This document shows positions 1 to 6,872 of a DNA stretch of 64,000 bases, piece by piece. The DNA is from Phycisphaerales bacterium. GTDB taxonomy: Bacteria; Planctomycetota; Phycisphaerae; Phycisphaerales; UBA1924. The notes under the pieces were generated by a model, which was not told where the DNA came from, did no database searches, and saw only the letters and a list, made by a program, of their open reading frames with translations. Position 1 is the stretch's first letter. Every line of letters begins with the position of its first letter. A program made the position numbers and the translations under genes. The stretch lies in assembly GCA_036751825.1 (NCBI GenBank), contig DAIOTV010000002.1, positions 966-64,965 of the forward strand, written 5' to 3'.

Positions 1-262
1 CGGTGACGCCGAGTTGCTCGGCCTGAACGAGCGTCGAGGCCGGCACGTTCTCGAACTCGAATGTCAGGGCGGCCGCCCCGTCGATGAGTCTGTTGAGAGC
101 AGCCGGGTCGTCGAACGCGCCGGTGATCAGTTCGCATGTGCGCGCGGCGCACGCATCTGGCGCTGGATCCAGCGCTCGGCAGCGGATTCCAAGGCGCTCC
201 GCGGCAGCGCCGAGCATCTGGGCGAGCTGGCCGCCGCCCAGGATCGCCAGAACCTGGCTCAT
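1..262 (-). CDS. purK: N5-carboxyaminoimidazole ribonucleotide synthase (PurK), N-terminal part, runs off the window
   Basis: Own translation of the reverse strand from ATG at 262-260 gives [33 protein letters not shown]...[10 protein letters not shown], a PurK-type ATP-grasp N-terminus. ATGA start/stop overlap with purE. Absent from the ORF track because it is truncated by the window edge. Confidence 0.7.
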   Translation of the reverse strand, partial: MSQVLAILGGGQLAQMLGAAAERLGIRCRALDPAPDACAARTCELITGAFDDPAALNRLIDGAAALTFEFENVPASTLVQAEQLGVT

Positions 263-759
263 TGCCCGACCGGCCCGTCGGGCACGCCCGCGGTTTGCTG
301 CGCTCGGAACTCGACGAGCCGCGCAGCCACGCCCGGGTCCTGCAACGCCACGATCTGTGCGGCCAGCAGGCCCGCGTTGGTCGCGCCGGCGGCACCGATG
401 GCCAGTGTGCCCACGGGCACACCCGCCGGCATCTGCACGATCGACAGCAGAGAGTCCATGCCGGAGAGCGCCTTGGACTCAACCGGAACGCCCAGCACCG
501 GCAGCGTGGTCATTGAGGCGATCATGCCCGGCAGATGGGCGGCCCCGCCCGCGCCCGCCACGATCACGCGGAGGCCGCGGCCCAGCGCCGACTCGGCGTA
601 GCCCACCAGCCGAGCGGGTGTCCGGTGCGCGGACACGACACGCGCCTCGTGCGGCACGCCGAGCTGCTCGAGCACGCGGGCGGCGTGCTCCATGGTCAGC
701 CAGTCGGACGTCGACCCCATGACGACGCCAACGAGCGGGGGCGTGATCGTGTCGCTCAT
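259..759 (-). CDS. purE: N5-carboxyaminoimidazole ribonucleotide mutase (PurE)
   Basis: ORF 259..831, with the start trimmed to [20 protein letters not shown]. Contains the PurE motifs GSx[11 protein letters not shown] and [10 protein letters not shown]. Confidence 0.9.
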   Translation of the reverse strand: MSDTITPPLVGVVMGSTSDWLTMEHAARVLEQLGVPHEARVVSAHRTPARLVGYAESALGRGLRVIVAGAGGAAHLPGMIASMTTLPVLGVPVESKALSGMDSLLSIVQMPAGVPVGTLAIGAAGATNAGLLAAQIVALQDPGVAARLVEFRAQQTAGVPDGPVGQ

Positions 760-820
760 GCGGGCACAATACCCCGGCCGGACGCGCCCCGTCGTCCGAT
801 GCGCACGCCCCGGCCCGCGC

Positions 821-904
821 TCAGCACCCATCGTTGAAGTTGCTGATCCAGGCGTTGAAGTCGGCGGGCGTCAGCAGCCCGTCGCCGTTGACATCGGGCA
901 GGCA
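821..904 (-). repeat. Single Cys-bracketed dockerin-like module (coding)
   Basis: [27 protein letters not shown]. Same module as at 6690..6872 and 18957..19124. Confidence 0.8.
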
Positions 905-1450
905 GGCCGCTGCATCCGAGCAGAGCACGCTGTGCACCGCCGCCCCGATCCGCACGCCGCGTGCGGAGCCCAGGGGGCCCGGCCCGGGCTCGGTGAGGAC
1001 GACGAGATCATCGTTGAGGACCACCGCACCGCCGGTTCCCGCCGCGTCGAACTCCCGGACCAGGACGGGAACATCCGCCGGCTGCGTCGGCAGATTCTCC
1101 GGAAGCGAGAAGCCGATCGCCCCCGTTTCCACGAACAGATTCGTGAGCTAACGAACCGCCCGCATGCCGGTCGCGTCGCTCGCGACCACGGCGATGTCCA
1201 GGTCCCCGTCGTCGTCGAGGTCGGCGAGCGCGATCGAACTCGGCACCGGGTCCGGATCGCCCGGATCGGTGCGGAGCGTCCACTCGATGCCGGCGTCGAA
1301 CGATCGGCCTCCAGGGCTCGCGGCATCGGCGATGTTGACAAACACGGACACCGTGCCCGATGTCTCGTTGATCGCGGCGATGTCCGGGAAGCCGTCGTTG
1401 TTCAGGTCGGCCGCCCGGATCTCCGTCGGGTTCGAGGCGGGCGAACCCAT
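821..1450 (-). pseudogene. FG-GAP/VCBS-repeat protein with a C-terminal dockerin-like module, interrupted by an in-frame TAG (1150-1148) and lacking a signal peptide
   Basis: ORFs 1148..1612 and 821..1132 are in the same frame, separated only by TAG. The read-through sequence is ...DIAVVASDATGMRAVR*LTNLFVETGAIGF.... FG-GAP-like ADLNNDGFPDIA and ADLDDDGDLDIA are present. The C-terminus is [27 protein letters not shown]. Confidence 0.55.
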
Positions 1451-1484
1451 CTGGATTGCCTGTCTTGAACGCGACACGCTGCGG

Positions 1485-1516
1485 AAAAATAAAAAGCGGA
1501 GGGGCTCCCCTCCGCT
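1485..1516 (-). terminator. Rho-independent terminator downstream of the M28 peptidase gene
   Basis: GC-rich hairpin AGCGGAGGGG/CCCCTCCGCT at 1495-1516, followed on the minus strand by TTTTTATTTTT (1495-1485). Confidence 0.6.
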
Positions 1517-1541
1517 TCGGTGACCGGATGGCGGCCTGCGG

Positions 1542-3398
1542 CTAGCGGGCCTGGAGGGTGACCTCGAGCGTGATCTCCTCGCCGTTGCGGAGCACGCCGA
1601 TGTTGATGACATCGCCCGGCTCGTGGGCAGCCAGCAGCGGCATCCAGCCCTCGACGTCCGTCAGCTTCTGCCCGTCCCAGCGGACAAGGCGATCACCGGC
1701 CTGCACGCCCGCGACCTCGGCCGAACCGCCCTCGGCCACCGACGCGATGCCGATGCCGGGGCCGTCGGAGCCGTAGCCCGGCGACACACCGAACCGCACC
1801 TTGATGTCACTCATCGCCGACCGCTGCGTGGAGCGATCGCCCGCCGACACCAGCTGTGGCCTCTCGCTCGACGACAGGATCATCACCATGTCGTGATACA
1901 GATGGACCGTGTGCGTGGCGTCTTCCGTGTTGATCTTCCACACGACATCCTCGGGCGTGTGGTAATCGTCGTGGAAGTCCGCGATGATCGAGAACAGCAC
2001 CGGCACGCCCCGAGCCAGGAACGAGCTGTGGTCGGACGCGCCGTTCATCGAGGTCGGGATCACGAGCTCGAGCTCGCTCCGGTCCATCGCCGGCTGGAGC
2101 AGGTCCTGCAGCCCCTCTCCGGTTTCGAGGCCGGACAGCAGCACGCGGTCGTCCGTGATCCGCCCGATCATGTCGAAGTTCGTCATGAGAGCGTGATCCT
2201 CGATCGGCGCGATCGGGTTGTTCACATAGTACCGCGAGCCGTTGAGGCCGGATTCCTCGGCGTCGAAGGCGATGAACACGACCGATCTCGCGTCGGCGTC
2301 CTCGGGAAGCTGGGCGTAGGAGCGAGCGAGCAGGTCGGCGAGCAGCAGCACGCCGGCGGTGCCGGATGCGTTGTCGTCCGCGCCCGGGTGCAGCTTGCCC
2401 GAGCCCCAGCGAGAGCCGAAGTCGCCCATGCCGATGTGGTCGATGTGGGCACCGACCACGATCCACTCGTCCTTCAGCTCGCCCTGACCCCAGAGCACGC
2501 CGCCGACATTCTCCGCGTAGACAATCTCGCGCTCGACCTTCGACGCAAGCTCGATGCCGCCGTCCAGCGGCATCACCCCGTCGCCCTCGTTCGCCCTGGC
2601 GATCAGGTCGGCGATGGTCATGCCCGTTGCGGCTTCAAGCCACCGCTTGCCGGCGTCCTGCGACATCAGGAGGACCGGCTGCTCGGCGCCAGTGCCTCCG
2701 CCGCGGAACGCATCGAGCCGGTTCACCCGCTCGTCGGCCGCGCCCGGGGTGTTGATGACGACAACGCCCGCCGCGCCGCGGTCGAACGCGGCCCGGAGCT
2801 TGCCGTCAAACCCCGCCGCGTTGCTCCAATCGCCGTCTTCGGTCCAGAGGCTCATGCCCTCTTCATTCATCGGTTCGAACCGGAGCATGACGGCGAGCTT
2901 GCCCGTCAGGTCCGCGTCGTCGGGGTACGAACTGAAACCGTCCGTGCCCTCGTCGATCGAGTACCCGACAAACACGGCATCGCCCGACAGGCTGCCGTCG
3001 CCGCCAAGGCCGGTGATCACGAAGTCGCGCTCGTGCGTGAACGTCATGCCGTTCGCCGAGAACTCCGCGAGCGTCACCTCCGCTCGCCCGCCGAGCGGGA
3101 ACGGCTGGCGCCAGGACGCGAAGCGATCCTCGACCTGGCTGCCGTCCGAGGCGGTGATGACCTCGGTGAACGCCGGGCTCAGCCCGGCCCTCTCGAAGGC
3201 GGTCTCGGCGTACTGACGTGCGATCTCGGCGCCCCGGGAGCCCGGCACGCGTCCCTCCATGAAGTCATTGGCCAGGTAGTACACGTGCTGCGTGTAGACC
3301 CGGTGGTCAGACTCAAAGTCCAGCACGGAGGTCGCCGGTTCGCCGGCCGATGGCACGGCGGCTGCGGCGATCAATCCAAGCGAAAGTGGGGTGCGCAT
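1542..3398 (-). CDS. Secreted M28-family metallopeptidase with a PA domain and a C-terminal PDZ domain
   Basis: ORF 1542..3470, with the start trimmed to MRTPLSLGLIAAAAVPSAG (signal peptide; AGGAGA upstream). M28 metal-ligand context is present (GAHIDHIGMG, GADDNASGTA, FDAEESGLNGS, SDHSSF). The C-terminal PDZ-like region reads GIGIASVAEGGSAEVAGVQAGDRLVRWDGQKL. Confidence 0.85.
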   Translation of the reverse strand: MRTPLSLGLIAAAAVPSAGEPATSVLDFESDHRVYTQHVYYLANDFMEGRVPGSRGAEIARQYAETAFERAGLSPAFTEVITASDGSQVEDRFASWRQPFPLGGRAEVTLAEFSANGMTFTHERDFVITGLGGDGSLSGDAVFVGYSIDEGTDGFSSYPDDADLTGKLAVMLRFEPMNEEGMSLWTEDGDWSNAAGFDGKLRAAFDRGAAGVVVINTPGAADERVNRLDAFRGGGTGAEQPVLLMSQDAGKRWLEAATGMTIADLIARANEGDGVMPLDGGIELASKVEREIVYAENVGGVLWGQGELKDEWIVVGAHIDHIGMGDFGSRWGSGKLHPGADDNASGTAGVLLLADLLARSYAQLPEDADARSVVFIAFDAEESGLNGSRYYVNNPIAPIEDHALMTNFDMIGRITDDRVLLSGLETGEGLQDLLQPAMDRSELELVIPTSMNGASDHSSFLARGVPVLFSIIADFHDDYHTPEDVVWKINTEDATHTVHLYHDMVMILSSSERPQLVSAGDRSTQRSAMSDIKVRFGVSPGYGSDGPGIGIASVAEGGSAEVAGVQAGDRLVRWDGQKLTDVEGWMPLLAAHEPGDVINIGVLRNGEEITLEVTLQAR

Positions 3399-3479
3399 GA
3401 GATGAGTCTCCTGGTCGGTCGGGCCATGGGCGGTTTCGAGCGCCGGCCGCGTCGTGGTGTACCGTTTCAAGCGGACGCG

Positions 3480-3491
3480 GATGCTAGCATC
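3480..3491. promoter_or_regulatory. Perfect 12-bp palindrome GATGCTAGCATC, 8 nt before the ATG at 3500
   Basis: Read directly from the sequence. It lies in the 101-bp divergent intergenic region between the peptidase and the ABC operon. Confidence 0.3.
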
Positions 3492-3499
3492 CTTTCGGC

Positions 3500-4771
3500 A
3501 TGAAGCACACGAGCGTGTTCGGGCATTGGTTGAAGCGTTTCGTCACGTGCGCATCTATTCTCCTGTCGCCGGCCGCTCGGGCCGAGCACCCGCAGGACGG
3601 ACCCCACGTGGATATCCGCATCGCGGTTTCCGACGAAGACGTCCGAATGACGCTCGGGCTCAACCTGCCGTTTCTTGACGAGGCCATCCCGACCCAGCGT
3701 GAGCTCGCCTCAGAGGTCGCCCCCGCGGAAGAGGCCGAGGTCTTCAAAGCCGTCAGGCAACTGGTGACCGAGGACACGACGTTCACCATCAACGGCGAAA
3801 TCGTGAAGCCGACGCTCGAGCGGGTGGAGATCGAGCGGCTCTCCGAGGACAGCCTGTATCTGTTTCCGAACTCCGGCCGATCGGCGTTGACGCGGTTCAG
3901 CGTTGTCGCGGTCTACCCGTGCCCGTCGCCGCCGAAGCGGATCGACATCGAATGGTCGCACTACCCGCCCAGCGCGCTGAGCGAAGCCTTCGAGGAAGTG
4001 GGAGACGAACCGCCGCCCATGGTCATCGACGCGCAGCTCCGAGCGGAAGGACGCGCGCGCGTGCTGCGGTTCAGCGAAACGGACCGCGTCGCCACCTGGC
4101 ACGCGGGAGGCGACACCCCGGAAACCGCCGTCGAGAGGCTGCCGGAGCTCGATGTCAGCGCCGGCACGCCGATCCCCCTGCTCTCGATCGGCATCGCGGT
4201 GCTGACGGTCGGCGTCGCCGGCTTCGTCGCGGTGGAGCGCAAACGCGCCCTCGCAATCGCGATCGCCGTGGCGGGACTCGGAGCCGCCGCGGCCACCAGC
4301 GGCACATTCGTGAGGCATGTCGGCGAACCCGGCATCCCCCAGGACCAGGCCGTGCGCCTGTTCGCCATCCTGCACTCGAACATCTACCGTGCGTTCGACT
4401 TTACAGCCGAGGACGACATCTACGACACTCTCGCGATCAGCGTTACCGGCGATCTGCTCGATTCGCTCTACCGCCAGATCAGGCTCGGTCTGGTGCAGGC
4501 GGAGAACGGCGGCGGCGTCGGCCGAGTCACCTCGCTCGATCTCCGATCCGCGGAGGTCATCTCCACGGCACAGCTCGCCGATGGCGTGGCCTTCGAGGTC
4601 TTCGCCGAGTGGGATGTCGAGGGCACCGTGTACCACTTTGGACACTCTCACGCGAAGCAGACGCCGTACGCCGGCATCTTTCGGGTGGCGCAGACGCCGG
4701 ACGGCTGGCGGATCGACCAGGCGGAGCCACGCGAGCGAATGAATCTGTTTGTCGCGCCGAGCGACCTGTGA
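3500..4771 (+). CDS. Hypothetical bitopic/2-TM membrane protein: signal peptide, periplasmic domain, 2 TM helices and a C-terminal globular domain. First gene of the ABC operon.
   Basis: Signal peptide-like CASILLSPAARAEH. TM stretches PIPLLSIGIAVLTVGVAGFVAV and ALAIAIAVAGLGAAAATSG. Stop overlaps the ATG of the ABC ATPase (TGATG). I recognise no family. Confidence 0.65.
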   Translation: MKHTSVFGHWLKRFVTCASILLSPAARAEHPQDGPHVDIRIAVSDEDVRMTLGLNLPFLDEAIPTQRELASEVAPAEEAEVFKAVRQLVTEDTTFTINGEIVKPTLERVEIERLSEDSLYLFPNSGRSALTRFSVVAVYPCPSPPKRIDIEWSHYPPSALSEAFEEVGDEPPPMVIDAQLRAEGRARVLRFSETDRVATWHAGGDTPETAVERLPELDVSAGTPIPLLSIGIAVLTVGVAGFVAVERKRALAIAIAVAGLGAAAATSGTFVRHVGEPGIPQDQAVRLFAILHSNIYRAFDFTAEDDIYDTLAISVTGDLLDSLYRQIRLGLVQAENGGGVGRVTSLDLRSAEVISTAQLADGVAFEVFAEWDVEGTVYHFGHSHAKQTPYAGIFRVAQTPDGWRIDQAEPRERMNLFVAPSDL

Positions 4772-5442
4772 TGGATCGTCCGCTTTCACTCGCCGACATC
4801 GTCTTCCGCCGGGCCGGCCCCGAGGCCTTCTCGATCGCCATGCCCCGGCTCGATGTCGCCTCCGGCGAGGTGGTGGCGCTCGTCGGCCCGAGCGGCTCGG
4901 GCAAGAGCACGCTGCTCGGGCTTATCGCGGGCGAGCTGCTCCCGAAGTCGGGTTCGGTGCACGTCGCGGGCCGCCGCATGGACACGCTCTCGGAGCCCGA
5001 CCGCCGCGCGCAGCGGCGAGGGTCGATCGGCGTCGTTGCGCAGACGCTGTCGCTCGTCGACTACCTCAACGGGCTCGAGAACATCCTGCTCGTGGCCATG
5101 ATGCAGGGCCAGGGCCGATCGGCCCGATCCCGGGCTCGGGAACTGGCCGCCTCGCTGGAGGTGGAGCATGTGCTGCGGCGCCGGCCCGACCGGATGTCGC
5201 AGGGCGAGAGGCAGCGCATCGCCATCTGTCGCGCCCTGCTGCTCAAGCCCCCGGTGCTGCTGTGCGACGAGCCGACGGGCAACCTTGATGCGGCCCGCGG
5301 CGAGCGGGCCACGCGGCTGATGCTCGACGCCCGCCAGGACAACGCGGCCGTGCTGATCGCGACACACGATGAACGGGTCATGCCGCTCGCGGATCGCGTC
5401 GTGTCCCTCGCCGAGCCCTCGCACGCACAGGAGCCCGTGTGA
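4771..5442 (+). CDS. ABC transporter ATP-binding protein (MacB/LolD/FtsE-like)
   Basis: Part of ORF 3919..5442 from MDRPLSLADIVF. Walker A GPSGSGKST, signature MSQGERQRIAI, Walker B LLLCDEPTGNLD. Confidence 0.9.
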   Translation: MDRPLSLADIVFRRAGPEAFSIAMPRLDVASGEVVALVGPSGSGKSTLLGLIAGELLPKSGSVHVAGRRMDTLSEPDRRAQRRGSIGVVAQTLSLVDYLNGLENILLVAMMQGQGRSARSRARELAASLEVEHVLRRRPDRMSQGERQRIAICRALLLKPPVLLCDEPTGNLDAARGERATRLMLDARQDNAAVLIATHDERVMPLADRVVSLAEPSHAQEPV

Positions 5443-6602
5443 TGTGGCAGGTCGGGCTCGCGATCCGCTATGCGCGGCGGAACCTGGTGCAAACCGGCCT
5501 GCTCGCCGTGTGCATCGGTGTCACCGTCTCCATCCCAGTGACCAGCCGGATGCTGGTGAACGGCTTCGAGCAGCGGATGGCAAGCCAGGCGAGCGAGGTG
5601 CCGCTGGTCATCGGGCCTCGCGGCAGCCGGTTCGATCTCTCGCTCGCCACCGTTTTCTTTCGCCAGCCTCCCGAGCGGACCATGACGATGGGGACGCTCG
5701 GCCGCGTGGACTCGGTCGAGGGCGCGGAGGCCGTGCCGATGAGCACCCTGTTCACCGCGCGCGGCCGGCGACTCGTGTGCGTCGGCTTCGGCTACTTCGA
5801 CCGGATCGGCCTCACGCCGAGTGCCGGCACGCTGCCGCTGCTCGTCGGCGATGCCGTGCTCGGCTCGCAGGCCGCGAACGAAACCGGCCTGCGCGTCGGC
5901 GACACGATCGCCAGCGATCGGCACGAGCTGTTCGACCTCTCCGTGCCGCCGCCGATCACGATGAACGTCGTTGGTGTGCTCGAACCGACGGGCACCAGCG
6001 CAGACGAGGCCGTGTTCGCCTCGATCGAGACCGCGTGGCTGATCGGCGGCCAGTCGCACATCCATGCCGAGAACGACGAGCTCGAGGCGGACGACGTGAT
6101 CGCGGCGACGGAGGGAGCCGTCGCGATCCGTCCCACGCTTGAGACGGCCTCGACCATCACGAGCGAGAATGTGCTCACGATCCACGGGCACGACGACCCC
6201 ACGCTTCTGCCGCTCTCAGCGATCCTCGTGTTCGCCGACGAGGCAAAGCCGCTGACGCTCGCCTCGGCCCGTTTCGAGGGCGACGAGGCGCTCCAGGCCG
6301 TGCGTCCGCGGGCGATCGTCGACGAGATGATGCAGACCGTGGTGCGGGTTCAGGCCGTCTTCGACGCCATCATCGGTCTGCTCGCCGGCGGCACGGTCCT
6401 GCTGGTGCTGCTCACGACCTCGCTCGCCGCCCGGCTGCGGGCGCAAGAGTTTGCGATTCTCGACAGCGTCGGTGCGCCGCGGTTCTTTCGCCCGACGCTT
6501 CTGGCACTGCAGCTCGTGGTCGTTTCAATGCTGGCCGGCCTGCTGGCGTTCGCGATCACGCTGGCGGCGGTGAGCGTGTTCAGCTCGATCAACCTCGCGT
6601 GA
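5439..6602 (+). CDS. ABC transporter permease, FtsX/MacB-type, with a large periplasmic domain
   Basis: N-terminal TM LLAVCIGVTVSIPV, then a soluble segment of about 250 aa, then a C-terminal TM bundle (AIIGLLAGGTVLLVLLTTSL; LLALQLVVVSMLAGLLAFAITLAAV). 4-nt overlap with the ATPase gene. Confidence 0.75.
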   Translation: MMWQVGLAIRYARRNLVQTGLLAVCIGVTVSIPVTSRMLVNGFEQRMASQASEVPLVIGPRGSRFDLSLATVFFRQPPERTMTMGTLGRVDSVEGAEAVPMSTLFTARGRRLVCVGFGYFDRIGLTPSAGTLPLLVGDAVLGSQAANETGLRVGDTIASDRHELFDLSVPPPITMNVVGVLEPTGTSADEAVFASIETAWLIGGQSHIHAENDELEADDVIAATEGAVAIRPTLETASTITSENVLTIHGHDDPTLLPLSAILVFADEAKPLTLASARFEGDEALQAVRPRAIVDEMMQTVVRVQAVFDAIIGLLAGGTVLLVLLTTSLAARLRAQEFAILDSVGAPRFFRPTLLALQLVVVSMLAGLLAFAITLAAVSVFSSINLA

Positions 6603-6625
6603 CCGTTCCCGCACCGAACGCATGC

Positions 6626-6660
6626 AAAAAAACCGGCCCCGCTGCGATGAGCGGGGCCGG
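6626..6660 (-). terminator. Rho-independent terminator between convergent genes
   Basis: Hairpin CCGGCCCCGCT/AGCGGGGCCGG (6633-6643 / 6650-6660), followed on the minus strand by TTTTTTT (6632-6626). Confidence 0.65.
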
Positions 6661-6689
6661 CGAAGGATGGCCTCAGATGCGGTCCCGGC

Positions 6690-6872
6690 TTACGGGTTGC
6701 AGGTCGGGCCGGCGGCGCCCTGGTTGAACGCCAGGATCCAGCCGTTGAAGTCGGCGGGGGTCACGAGACCGTCCTGGTTCGTATCGGCCCGCAGGTCGCC
6801 GTTGTTGAAGTTGAGGATCCAGCCGTTGAAGTCGGCGGGCGTCACGAGCCCGTCCGAGTTCTGGTCGGCGCA
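6690..6872 (-). repeat. Tandem Cys-bracketed dockerin-like modules (coding)
   Basis: CADQNSDGLVTPADFNGWILNFNNGDLRADTNQDGLVTPADFNGWILAFNQGAAGPTCNP. The two DNA copies are near-identical over about 45 bp. Confidence 0.85.

Noticed and set aside
1148-1150. Programmed readthrough or pyrrolysine at the in-frame TAG
   Set aside because: There is no Pyl machinery or recoding signal in view. The gene also lacks a signal peptide and a proper 5' region, so decay or a sequencing error is the more economical explanation.
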